Shown here: piece after piece, positions 1 through 9,497 of the stretch
Layout: each line of letters opens with the position of its first letter
Numbering within the stretch: position 1 is the first letter of the stretch
From: Candidatus Gastranaerophilales bacterium
Lineage (GTDB): Bacteria; Cyanobacteriota; Vampirovibrionia; Gastranaerophilales; Gastranaerophilaceae
DNA: 64,000 nucleotides
Direction of reading: 5' to 3'
Assembly: GCA_944322745.1 (NCBI GenBank)
Contig: CALUPV010000006.1
Coordinates: forward strand, 3,906-67,905
Position numbers and translations under genes: made by a program
The notes under the pieces: model-generated
Database searches by the model: none
Told to the model about the DNA's origin: nothing
The model's input: the letters and a program-made list of their open reading frames with translations, nothing else

Positions 1-258
1 ACCTACTTTAGAATTAACATTTTCAAGTGCATCTTCAACAATGTTGTGCATGTCTTGAATCATAACTTCATTTTTTCCACTATCTTTAACTTCTTTTTCA
101 ACAATCGAACATATATCATCAATCTGTTCCGGAGTAAAATCAATTAAAACCCTCAACGCCGACTTTTTTACCGCATTGATAACTTTAGTTATATCAAACT
201 TTTCTTTAGTTCCATCTTTTTTAATAACAAAAAGTTCTTTTAATTCACTATTTTCCAT
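1..258 (-). CDS. Ribonucleotide reductase, N-terminal ATP-cone region (partial; gene runs off the left edge), probably anaerobic class III NrdD-like
   Basis: Own translation of the minus strand from ATG at 258: MENSELKELFVIKKDGTKEKFDITKVINAVKKSALRV... The VIKKDGxxExFDxxKI pattern is the ATP-cone signature at RNR N-termini. Absent from the ORF track because the window edge cuts it. The class assignment is inference. Confidence 0.55.
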   Translation of the reverse strand, partial: MENSELKELFVIKKDGTKEKFDITKVINAVKKSALRVLIDFTPEQIDDICSIVEKEVKDSGKNEVMIQDMHNIVEDALENVNSKVG

Positions 259-401
259 GCCTACCCCAGCTATATTATTTGCATACTCTAAAACACGTTG
301 ATTCAACGCATTTTTAATTAATACTCTTTCCCAAATCTCAAATTTGTATCAATATTATTCTACATCAAAATTGCATGTCTGTAAATACATAAAAAACAAA
401 T

Positions 402-416
402 TGATAATAATTATCA
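402..416. promoter_or_regulatory. Perfect 7-1-7 inverted repeat TGATAAT-A-ATTATCA (Fur-box type operator)
   Basis: Read directly. It matches all 15 positions of the Bacillus-type Fur consensus TGATAATnATTATCA and lies about 145 nt upstream of the minus-strand RNR start. The AT-rich background lowers specificity. Confidence 0.35.
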
Positions 417-476
417 GTTTTAAAATACATTAAAATTGAATCATATTATCAATTTGGTCGAATAAAATAAATTTAA

Positions 477-986
477 TTAATCTTCAAAAGAATCAGCAAG
501 TTCTCGCCAAGAAAAATACTCCATTTCTTGAGAATTTTTAATAGCTACATAGCCATCAGGCATCCAACTTGATTTATTAGGATCAAGCTTACCTGCAGGT
601 ATAAAACGATAGAATGGAATAATATTCTTACTAGCGGTTTTTCTGAAATTTGCGAAATCCTTTTTGCTTTGCTCTGCTTTTTGTTTTTGTTCTTCAGAAT
701 CCAAGTCATAATCAACACCATAATTATCTTTTATGGTTTGTTTTTCGGCATCAAAGAACCAAGTTTTTGGCAAATCATTCAATTTTTGCCCTTTAAAACT
801 TGTCGTTTGCGTTTTATTTAGATTAATAGCAGCAAATGCTATACTTCTTGATGCATTCGCATATGTTTTACTATATGGTGAAGAAACATTATTTTGAGCC
901 GGAACGGCAGTATTTTCCCCCATAGATTGTTGTACATTTTGGATACCATATTTTACTGGTTGTCCTATTTGAATTGCTTGAATCAT
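477..986 (-). CDS. Hypothetical protein, 169 aa
   Basis: Track ORF. GAGGTGAG Shine-Dalgarno just upstream of the ATG at 986. Gln/Asn-rich N-terminus, acidic C-terminus. No family recognised. Confidence 0.55.
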   Translation of the reverse strand: MIQAIQIGQPVKYGIQNVQQSMGENTAVPAQNNVSSPYSKTYANASRSIAFAAINLNKTQTTSFKGQKLNDLPKTWFFDAEKQTIKDNYGVDYDLDSEEQKQKAEQSKKDFANFRKTASKNIIPFYRFIPAGKLDPNKSSWMPDGYVAIKNSQEMEYFSWRELADSFED

Positions 987-1106
987 TTTCTCACCTCATC
1001 TTATGTTTGTTAGCTTTAAATCAGAAATTATTTTTTTTTGCTATTTTAGTTAAATTATATAAAAATAAACATAAAATGAGAAATACATTTAATTTATCAT
1101 AACCTT

Positions 1107-3566
1107 TTAAACCAATATTATTGGTATATTATTTTCTTTTGCCGTTTGCTTAATCTGATTATCTTTAATTGAAGAATTGATAAAATCCTTTTTGGACATT
1201 ACGACAGCCTCTATTTTCGGTTGGAAAGCAACAACTTCGTTAATATAATCACCCTTATTTTGTGCGGCAAGCATATATTGGTGCATATTATCCAATGCTC
1301 TTGCTGTTTCTTCTGCGGAGATTATACGTCCTGACTTTAATTCTATATCTTTTAAACGTTCTTTTTTATCAAATTTATCTATTAAATCAAAAAATTCATA
1401 ATATTCTTCATCTGTTAAATTTAATTCTTTTTTTATAAAATTCGGAAGTTCAGTTCTAAAGTTTTTATTTCGTTTTGCTTCCGATTCATTTTTTCCTTGC
1501 ATATAAATATAATTTTCAAAAGCATCACGACCTCTTTGCCCACCGGTACATCCTACTTTCTTTCCTGCAAGAGCGATATCTGAATTTGAAGAATGAAGAA
1601 TAACACTGACCCCTGAATTATAGTTTGTACTTAAGCCATAATTAACATTAAGGAGACTGGAACTTAAACATATTTCTTTACTATCATCACAAATTGCTGA
1701 TAATTCGTTTAAAGTACCATGCGAGCTATGGCATAAAAAGTTTAAATCTTTTACTTTTGTACCTTGGGCAAAACCGAATTCAGATAAATCCTTATCAGGA
1801 TCCGAAAAATCAAGATATTTCACCCCTTCAGCATCTTGTGGAAATTTTGATTTATCTACAGGTAAATTATCAGCAAAGATTGGAATACCATTTTTTCTTA
1901 TAAATTCAATATTACTGTTAATTTCATCAACAGTAGATTCATTTGCGGCATAGGTGAAACCTGCTGATTCTGCATCGGCTTTTGCTAAAATTTGTGCTAT
2001 TTTAAAATCATTAAGATATCTATATGAAGCAGCTAAATCTTTTGCATTTGTTCCATCTGTAACCCAATGGCTATTTATAATTATATTATATATCCTTTTC
2101 TTTTCATCTGAATTTATCGGAAGTTTTTTTACAAGCTCTTTTGCATAATAAGCAGAAGGTTTTGCATGTCCTTCATCGACCATTTTCTGCCTTTTGGCTA
2201 TATCATGAAACATTACAGATAAAAATAATATTCTGAATTCTTCTTTTGATAAAGTTTTTGTTTCAGGATTTTTAAGGCATAGTTGTAGGTCTTCAAGAGT
2301 ATGTTTATCAATAGAATCACCTCTATGTTGAATTTTTCCGACAACGGAAATAAATTCAGGAAATACACGGATAAATTCGTTAAGAACTTCTTCTGCTACT
2401 TTATCTTCTTTATTAAGAACAAATTCATTATTTGTAATAAAGTCATTAACATATACTCGTGTTTTGTTTATTGCGCTTTGAACATTTGGATTAAATTCAG
2501 ATATATCCGAATCATTTGGAACAGGGAATTTAACAATATCATTTTCATTATCTATTCTAAATTGAAAATAATCAAAGACCTGTTTTCTATCATTAGGGTT
2601 TAAGTCTTTAATTGCAGAATTAAAATCTTGAATAAAACTATCACGAGAATATTTTAAAGGTAGACCTTTTTCATATTTAGATAAATCTAAATCGCCTATA
2701 GTATTCTGTAGATTTTCAAAACAAAAAGTATCACTTTCAACAAAATGAGAAAGAGAATTTTGACTACATTCGATAAACTTAACAGGCTGATTTTTCATCC
2801 TGGCTTTTAGTTCGGATTGTAGTGCCGCATTTGAACCACATCTTTTGATATCATTTATCAGGTTAAGTTTTAATAAAGGATCATTTTCATTTAAAGAATT
2901 TATATAATTTTCACTAAAATTATGCTTAAAAAAGCGTATGAAATTAACTTGATTTGCTGTTGACATAAAATCAAACTCATCATATTCACGAATAGATTTT
3001 AGCCCAAAATAAATCGTTTCCCAAATATCTGATGGTGTTTGAGCTCCATTCCTAACCGAATCTTCTTTGTATTTTACTTTTGCCATCTCATGTAAGGATT
3101 TTAACATTTCAGGAGTAAGTTCTTCTATTTCTAAAAATATTGCAATATTAGAAAGTCTTACACTTTGTACCGAAAGTTTTGCTAAATTATCCTGATAATA
3201 TTTAAACTTTCCTTCAACATTCGTATAATCAAGACGAGAAAGTTTTTTTATCAACTCTTTATTCTTTGAAATATCTTGCAAAGAAAAACCTGAGTCTAAA
3301 AACATTTTTGTTAGTTTTATTTCATTTACTTTTTGCCTGGCTTTTTCATCAATATTTGATTGAGTTATAGCTTGTGAAACTTTTTTTATAATTTGGGGTG
3401 TTATTCCTAAATATCCACGTAAACAATCAGCAGTATTGGATGCAATATTGTGGAAATCGTTATCAAAAGACGTTTTTTGTTCGACAGTTTTCCTATAATC
3501 TTTTCCCACATTATCTTTTGGATTTGTAACAATTATGTTTTTAGTTAAATTTTGAATAACTTGCAT
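1107..3566 (-). CDS. Large HD-domain protein of unknown function (about 819 aa)
   Basis: Track ORF is 1107..3617. I prefer the ATG at 3566 (GGTGG 6 nt upstream, product starts MQVIQNL). HD phosphohydrolase signature KHTLEDL...LSVMFHDIAKRQ...DEGHAKPS, with HD codons at 2202-2207. The flanking ~430-aa N-terminal and ~270-aa C-terminal parts are unrecognisable. Confidence 0.75.
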   Translation of the reverse strand: MQVIQNLTKNIIVTNPKDNVGKDYRKTVEQKTSFDNDFHNIASNTADCLRGYLGITPQIIKKVSQAITQSNIDEKARQKVNEIKLTKMFLDSGFSLQDISKNKELIKKLSRLDYTNVEGKFKYYQDNLAKLSVQSVRLSNIAIFLEIEELTPEMLKSLHEMAKVKYKEDSVRNGAQTPSDIWETIYFGLKSIREYDEFDFMSTANQVNFIRFFKHNFSENYINSLNENDPLLKLNLINDIKRCGSNAALQSELKARMKNQPVKFIECSQNSLSHFVESDTFCFENLQNTIGDLDLSKYEKGLPLKYSRDSFIQDFNSAIKDLNPNDRKQVFDYFQFRIDNENDIVKFPVPNDSDISEFNPNVQSAINKTRVYVNDFITNNEFVLNKEDKVAEEVLNEFIRVFPEFISVVGKIQHRGDSIDKHTLEDLQLCLKNPETKTLSKEEFRILFLSVMFHDIAKRQKMVDEGHAKPSAYYAKELVKKLPINSDEKKRIYNIIINSHWVTDGTNAKDLAASYRYLNDFKIAQILAKADAESAGFTYAANESTVDEINSNIEFIRKNGIPIFADNLPVDKSKFPQDAEGVKYLDFSDPDKDLSEFGFAQGTKVKDLNFLCHSSHGTLNELSAICDDSKEICLSSSLLNVNYGLSTNYNSGVSVILHSSNSDIALAGKKVGCTGGQRGRDAFENYIYMQGKNESEAKRNKNFRTELPNFIKKELNLTDEEYYEFFDLIDKFDKKERLKDIELKSGRIISAEETARALDNMHQYMLAAQNKGDYINEVVAFQPKIEAVVMSKKDFINSSIKDNQIKQTAKENNIPIILV

Positions 3567-3707
3567 TATTACCACCATAGTTGCTTTTGTGATATATAAA
3601 AAATCTAAACTTCGCAAATTGCCTAAAAGAAATTAATTGTTAAAAAAAATAAAGAGAAACACAAAGAAAAGCCATTCCAACTTATTTCTATCATAATGTA
3701 GAAATAT

Positions 3708-3947
3708 CTATTGAAAATCAAACAAATCTTTTTCAGATATATCTAAAGTATCGCACATCTTAAAAAGAAGCCCCAGACTGACACCTCTTCTAGCTGTTTC
3801 GATTTTTGCAAGATGTTCACGAGAAATATCCAACATCTCAGCAAGCTGATTTTGAGATAAATGTTTTAATTTTCTATATTTTGCTATGTTCTTCCCGAAC
3901 TTTTTTAATTTATATTCTTCACTAATCATATTATTATTTTGAAACAT
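3708..3947 (-). CDS. XRE/Cro-C1 family helix-turn-helix regulator (79 aa)
   Basis: LSQNQLAEMLDISREHLAKIETARRGVSL is a typical XRE HTH. Divergent from the SulP gene. Confidence 0.8.
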   Translation of the reverse strand: MFQNNNMISEEYKLKKFGKNIAKYRKLKHLSQNQLAEMLDISREHLAKIETARRGVSLGLLFKMCDTLDISEKDLFDFQ

Positions 3948-4055
3948 ACGCAGATAATTGTATGTAGCCCTTTGGAGAACAACGCAGGGGTAAGAAATTT
4001 TTTCTATATAAAAATAGCCTTTTTTGAAAGTTTTTATTATGATAATATTCTTTTT

Positions 4056-5660
4056 ATGAAAATAAGCGGTTTAAAAATTTTACTTGGCGATTTTTTAGGC
4101 GGATTAAACGCCTCAATCATAGCACTTCCACAGGCATTGGCATTCGGCGTTGCAACCGGTGTTGGTGCTTTAGCAGGTTTATGGGGTGCAATTATATTAT
4201 GTTTCATTTCTGCAATAATTGGAGGCAGAGCTCCTTTAATATCCGGAATTACTGGACCTGTCGCAATAGTTGTAGCCTCTGTTATGCATGCATTAAATGC
4301 TGATATCCCGTCTGTACTTATGATTATATTACTCGCCGGTATAATTCAGATTCTTCTATCACTTACCGCTTTTCCTTCTGTTATAAAATATATTCCATAT
4401 CCTGTAATTTCAGGCTTCTTGAACGGTATCGGAGTAATCATTATTATAATGCAGCTAAATCCATTACTTGGATGTCCTGTTATGTCTAACACCATCACAA
4501 GCATCACTGCTTTATTTAAAAATATTCATTTTATAAATTACCATGCATTATTGTTAGGTTTATTAACCCTTATAATTGTATTTGCTATTCCAAAGAGATT
4601 TAATAAAATAATCCCTTCTCAGGCAATAGCTCTTGTTATTGGAACATTTATATCCATAAAATTAGGTCTTAACGTTGAAAAAATTTCTCATATATCAGTT
4701 GCCCTGCCAAGTTTGAATATTCCAAAATACAATCTGCACGATATTATTACTTATATGCATTATGCAATAATATTAGCAATTGTTTTTTCTGCAGAAAGTT
4801 TATTAACTGTTTTGGTTTCTGATTCTTTAACAAAAAATAAAACATCATTAAAAAGAATGCTTATAGGTCAAGGTGTAGGGAATATGTTCTGTGCAATGAC
4901 AGGCTCTCTGCCCGGATCAGCCGCTACGATGAGAACAGTTGCGGCAATCAATTCCGGAGCAACAACAAAAGTATCTGCAATAATATGTCCAATTATATTA
5001 ATTATTCTTTTATTCAAATTATCCGGTTTTGTTGCAGAAATTCCATTACCTGTTTTAGCTGCAATACTAATAAAGATAGGATACGACATAATTGATGTAA
5101 AATTATTGAAAGTATTAAAATATGCCCCCAAAGATGATTTATACGTTTTATGGTTAGTATTTATTCTAACTGTATTTTATAATTTAATAGTTGCTGTAGG
5201 AGCAGGTATAACAGGCGCAGCTGTTTTATATGCAAAAAAAATGGCGGATAATACAAAACTTATTCACAAAGCTGTACATAATGAAGATATAATTGAATTA
5301 GAAAAAAGTATTGATAAAACATTTAAACATAAAATTCGTATAGTCCATATAGACGGTCAATTTTTCTTCGGTTCTGCAACACAATTAGTTTCACAATTTG
5401 AAGAATTATGGGGTACAAAATATTTAATATTAGATTATTCCTCCGGCAGTTTATTGGATATCTCTGCCATATTTGCACTCGAAGATATTATAATAAGACT
5501 TCAGTCACAAGATATTAAAATTTTTATAGTGATTGACAATCAAGATGTTTTAAAGCAGTTGAAAGAACATAACATAATTTCTCAAATAGGTGAAGATAGT
5601 ATATTCTTTTCTGAAATTGATGCGATAGAAAAAGCAAAATCTGGTTTAAAAAAAGATTAA
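4056..5660 (+). CDS. SulP-family anion permease with C-terminal STAS domain
   Basis: Track ORF starts at 3939 but overlaps the XRE gene, so the ATG at 4056 (MKISGLKILLGDF...) is more plausible. Multi-TM core with the GSLPGSAATMRTVAAINSGATTKVS motif. STAS-like tail IRIVHIDGQFFFGSATQL. Confidence 0.85.
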   Translation: MKISGLKILLGDFLGGLNASIIALPQALAFGVATGVGALAGLWGAIILCFISAIIGGRAPLISGITGPVAIVVASVMHALNADIPSVLMIILLAGIIQILLSLTAFPSVIKYIPYPVISGFLNGIGVIIIIMQLNPLLGCPVMSNTITSITALFKNIHFINYHALLLGLLTLIIVFAIPKRFNKIIPSQAIALVIGTFISIKLGLNVEKISHISVALPSLNIPKYNLHDIITYMHYAIILAIVFSAESLLTVLVSDSLTKNKTSLKRMLIGQGVGNMFCAMTGSLPGSAATMRTVAAINSGATTKVSAIICPIILIILLFKLSGFVAEIPLPVLAAILIKIGYDIIDVKLLKVLKYAPKDDLYVLWLVFILTVFYNLIVAVGAGITGAAVLYAKKMADNTKLIHKAVHNEDIIELEKSIDKTFKHKIRIVHIDGQFFFGSATQLVSQFEELWGTKYLILDYSSGSLLDISAIFALEDIIIRLQSQDIKIFIVIDNQDVLKQLKEHNIISQIGEDSIFFSEIDAIEKAKSGLKKD

Positions 5661-5682
5661 TAAATCACAGCTTGATATTTCA

Positions 5683-6228
5683 CTAAGCGTTAATGCCGTT
5701 TGCAATATCTTTTTCAAAATCAGAAAAAGTAATCTGACTTAAAGAGTAATGATAGTCTGCTTTCGTTTTTTGGTGAAAGAATTTATTCTCAAATTTTTCC
5801 GCAGCGGGAGTCGCAATCAAAGGTACCAGAATCCTTTCAGCAAGTATTGTAGAACCTATTAAAGCCAAAATCTGACTAAATCCTTTTTTAGCTGCAACTA
5901 TATTGTCGAATTGACAATTTTTGAATAGCTTATCCCATATCTTATTTTGTATTTTAGGATTTGCTAAACTATAGCCAACTCCAATTTGCATTGCAGCAGT
6001 AACAACACCTGACATCAAATCCATTGAAGCAACAAAGGGGCGTTGTTCTTCAGGAATTTCTTTATTTTGCATCGTCGTAGCAAATCTTGCCCCATATGCA
6101 AATACGTCTTTGGCTACATTTAAAGTCACCAAAGTTTTAGCCGCAAAAGTATCGTCTTTTATTGCTTTATTAATATGTTTATTTACCAATTCAGAATTGG
6201 TAAGTCTATTTAGAAGATTTATTTTCAT
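5683..6228 (-). CDS. Hypothetical amphipathic/membrane protein (181 aa), paralogue of the upstream ORF
   Basis: Track ORF. Shares the pattern E-x-Q/K-R/K...A...V-x-T-A/I-AMQ with ORF 6206..6742. No family recognised. Confidence 0.55.
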   Translation of the reverse strand: MKINLLNRLTNSELVNKHINKAIKDDTFAAKTLVTLNVAKDVFAYGARFATTMQNKEIPEEQRPFVASMDLMSGVVTAAMQIGVGYSLANPKIQNKIWDKLFKNCQFDNIVAAKKGFSQILALIGSTILAERILVPLIATPAAEKFENKFFHQKTKADYHYSLSQITFSDFEKDIANGINA

Positions 6229-6742
6229 TTTTGTTTACCAATTTCTGAGCTATTTTAGGATAAATTTTATTTGATAATGCAAGTACAGGTAAATAAGCTA
6301 TTGCAGAAACCACTGCACCAATTCTGTCTTTGAATATTTCATTATATTGCTCTCTATACATTTTTAATGCTTTATCATAATCATTATTACAAGCTTCTAA
6401 AATCTTTTTAGGTATTTTAGATGCATCTTTAGTAGCATTTTCAACATATTTGAAGTTTATTTTCCCTTTTTTTATTAATGAATCAACACCTTTATACAGA
6501 AGAGCCAAACTTGCTAATTGCATTGCAATTGTTATAACTGCTTCAACCGGTTGTTTTACAGCTGCCCATTTTTTATTATCTTCATTTTCTTTGGTAAACG
6601 GGTTATTCATAATAACAAGAGGAGCTATAATAGCCTTTCCTGCAGCATTAACATAGTTAGAAACTTTTTCTCCGCCTTTTTGCGAAAATTTTTCTAATGA
6701 AGTTGCAATGTGTTGATTTATTTTAGGCATTCCGACTCGCAT
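6206..6742 (-). CDS. Hypothetical amphipathic/membrane protein (178 aa)
   Basis: Track ORF overlapping the next gene by 23 nt. Hydrophobic segments AIIAPLVIM, AVITIAMQLASLALL and IGAVVSAIAYLPVLAL, the last resembling VADIAFSVVMLGILLP of ORF 63494..64000. Confidence 0.55.
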   Translation of the reverse strand: MRVGMPKINQHIATSLEKFSQKGGEKVSNYVNAAGKAIIAPLVIMNNPFTKENEDNKKWAAVKQPVEAVITIAMQLASLALLYKGVDSLIKKGKINFKYVENATKDASKIPKKILEACNNDYDKALKMYREQYNEIFKDRIGAVVSAIAYLPVLALSNKIYPKIAQKLVNKNENKSSK

Positions 6743-6822
6743 AGCGATAGTTTAAAATCTCCTGAAAATTTTTATTGTCCACTAAAAATTAGAATTGATA
6801 AAATTTTTAACATTATTTAAAA

Positions 6823-7515
6823 TTAATCAACAAAGCGATATTTTACTAATGTTAAAATAGCGTGAATGCCATCCTTCCAGTTTATTTTTTTCCCTTGTTC
6901 ATGTCCTCTGCCAAAATAAGAAATTGGAACTTCCTTTAATCTTATTTTCTTTTTCATGATTTTTGCTGTTATTTCCGGTTCAAAATCAAATCGATTAGAT
7001 TTTATTGTTATACTTTGAATTAACTCTCTTTTAAAAGCCTTATAACATGTTTCCATATCTGTTATTGTTGCCCCATATAAAATATTAGTTAACAAAGTTA
7101 AAAATTTATTCGCAATCTTATTCTTTAAGATGAAATTTTTTGAGTTTTCTTGTTTTTTAAATCTTGACCCATACACAACATCCGCTTCATCATTTATTAA
7201 TAAAGGCAAAAGTTTATCATAATCATCCGGAAGATACTCTAAATCAGCATCTTGAATTACAACAAAATCCCCAGTTGCTTCTTTTACCGCTGTTCTTATT
7301 GCCGCACCTTTCCCTTGATTCTTTTCATGAAACAAGATTTTATAATCTTTTCTTAATTCTCTTAAAACATCTGTAGTCCCATCATTTGAACAGTCATCTA
7401 CAATTATTATTTCTTTTTCTAAACCTGAAAATTTTGCGAATTCTACCTTTCCCAAAAGTTCTTTTATAGTGTCTTTTTCATTATAAACGGGAATAATAAT
7501 ACTAACTTTTTTCAT
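6823..7515 (-). CDS. Family-2 glycosyltransferase (polyprenyl-phosphate sugar transferase-like, soluble core)
   Basis: IIIPVYNE...IIVDDCSNDGT...VIQDADLEY (DxD) are GT2 hallmarks. 230 aa with no C-terminal TM. Confidence 0.85.
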   Translation of the reverse strand: MKKVSIIIPVYNEKDTIKELLGKVEFAKFSGLEKEIIIVDDCSNDGTTDVLRELRKDYKILFHEKNQGKGAAIRTAVKEATGDFVVIQDADLEYLPDDYDKLLPLLINDEADVVYGSRFKKQENSKNFILKNKIANKFLTLLTNILYGATITDMETCYKAFKRELIQSITIKSNRFDFEPEITAKIMKKKIRLKEVPISYFGRGHEQGKKINWKDGIHAILTLVKYRFVD

Positions 7516-7588
7516 AATTTTTTAATCTCTTGTATCAAATCCATAAAATATATTGTATAATGAAACAAGAAGTTTGTTAAGGATGTAT

Positions 7589-9487
7589 ATGCCTGGAAAG
7601 CATAATGATAGTTTGTTCAGTGAAACCATAGAAAATGCAAATTGCTTACTGAATGAGGCAATAGAATTATATGTTGCAGAAAATTATAAGAATGCAGTTA
7701 CAAATTTGTCTTTGGCCCATAAAATATTTCTTGCACATAAAGATATAGCAAAGGTATCCGTTTGTCTATCTTTAACAGGTCTTATTAAATATATAGATAA
7801 AGAAGAAAGTTATTATAAATCCTTACTTTTATTAGAAGATTCAAAATTTTTGGCAGAAAGTACAAATCAGAAATCAATACTTGCCATTAACAAATTTGCT
7901 TTTGGACAAATATATTTTATTGAAAATAAATTTAATGAAGCTCTTTTTTATTTGACATATGCTTCAAATTCAATTGACGAATTCCCGCTATTGAAAGTTA
8001 AAATATTTGAATTATTAGCTTTAACATATATTAGATTACAAAACACAAAAATGGCTTATGACTATCTTGAAAAATCAATTCATCTGGCCCATTCTTTCGG
8101 ATACAAAAATATCTATACTCGCTTAATTAAAATATCTGAAAATTTCATAAATACTAATTCGGGAATAAAATCATCGTTTAAAGCAAAGGATTCAAAAAAT
8201 AAAGATTCAGAACAAAATACTACATTATTATTAGCTTTATCAAAAATAGCAAGAACTGTAAATGCTGAAGCTAATTTGGATAAACTTTTAATTACCATAG
8301 CAGAACAAACGAGACTTGTTTTAAATGCAGACAGATGTACTGTTTTTCTATATGATAAAGATAAAAATGAACTATGGTCAAAAGTTGCACTTGGAATGGA
8401 AAGTGAAGAAATTCGTTTTTCTGCTGATAAAGGATTTGCCGGTTATGTTGTTAATACAGGTGAAACTATTAAAATAAAAGATGCCTATAATGACATTCGT
8501 TTTAATAAGGAAATTGATAAACACACCGGCTATAAAACATATAATTTATTATGTATGCCAATGAGAAACATTAAATTTGAAATAATTGGTGTATTTCAGG
8601 TGTTAAACAAAAAAGATGGTGATTTTACGGATGCCGACGAAGATATATTACTGGCAATAGGCACTAATGCAGGCATTGCAATTGAAAATAATCTCCTTTT
8701 CAGTATCCAACAAAAAATGCTGGAAGAGCAGCAACAATTATTTGCCGGTTTTATTGATACATTGGCTGCCTCTATAGATGCAAGAGATAAAATAACGCTT
8801 GGTCACTCGAATAGAGTTAAATTATATTCAGAATTAATTGCAAAACAAATCGGATTAAATAAAGATATTACAGAAATTATATCCAAAGCAGCTATGCTCC
8901 ATGATATAGGTAAAATTGGAATAAAAGATGCTGTATTACAAAAAAAAGGTACTTTGACAAAAGATGAATATGAACATATCAAAGAACACGTAAAAATCAC
9001 TTATGATATTTTATGCAAGACAAATATGAATTCTTCATTTTCGGAGATAGCAGAAATAGCTGCATCACACCATGAAAAATATGATGGAACCGGTTATTTT
9101 AGAGGTTTAAAAGGAGAAGAAATTCCATTTGGAGGAAGAATCTTAGCTGTCAGCGATGTTTTTGACGCAATTACTTCTGTTCGTCACTATCGTGACAGAA
9201 TGCCTATGTCTGATGCATTAGACATTATGATAGAAGGTAAGAATAAACATTTTGATGGCAAAATTATTGATTATTTTCTAAATTTACCTTGTGACCTAAT
9301 TACAGATGTTCTTATAAGCGAATATCAAATGGTACTGAAAAGCAAAGATAGAAAAATTCTTTCTTCAATAAATTTAAAACAATTCGCAGATATTTTAAAG
9401 AAAACATCTTTATCTCCAAAAGAGAAAAAGATTGTGGATGTTTTTAATTCATATTATATTCGACAAAGTAATACAGGAACAGTTTAA
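7589..9487 (+). CDS. TPR-like / GAF / HD-GYP c-di-GMP phosphodiesterase-type protein
   Basis: Track ORF starts at TTG 7553. The ATG at 7589 has AAGGA 5 nt upstream. GAF: ADRCTVFLYD...AGYVVNTG...LCMPM. HD-GYP: HSNRV...MLHDIGKIGI...HHEKYDGTGYFRGL...DVFDAITS. Confidence 0.85.
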   Translation: MPGKHNDSLFSETIENANCLLNEAIELYVAENYKNAVTNLSLAHKIFLAHKDIAKVSVCLSLTGLIKYIDKEESYYKSLLLLEDSKFLAESTNQKSILAINKFAFGQIYFIENKFNEALFYLTYASNSIDEFPLLKVKIFELLALTYIRLQNTKMAYDYLEKSIHLAHSFGYKNIYTRLIKISENFINTNSGIKSSFKAKDSKNKDSEQNTTLLLALSKIARTVNAEANLDKLLITIAEQTRLVLNADRCTVFLYDKDKNELWSKVALGMESEEIRFSADKGFAGYVVNTGETIKIKDAYNDIRFNKEIDKHTGYKTYNLLCMPMRNIKFEIIGVFQVLNKKDGDFTDADEDILLAIGTNAGIAIENNLLFSIQQKMLEEQQQLFAGFIDTLAASIDARDKITLGHSNRVKLYSELIAKQIGLNKDITEIISKAAMLHDIGKIGIKDAVLQKKGTLTKDEYEHIKEHVKITYDILCKTNMNSSFSEIAEIAASHHEKYDGTGYFRGLKGEEIPFGGRILAVSDVFDAITSVRHYRDRMPMSDALDIMIEGKNKHFDGKIIDYFLNLPCDLITDVLISEYQMVLKSKDRKILSSINLKQFADILKKTSLSPKEKKIVDVFNSYYIRQSNTGTV

Positions 9488-9497
9488 AGGTCATTAT

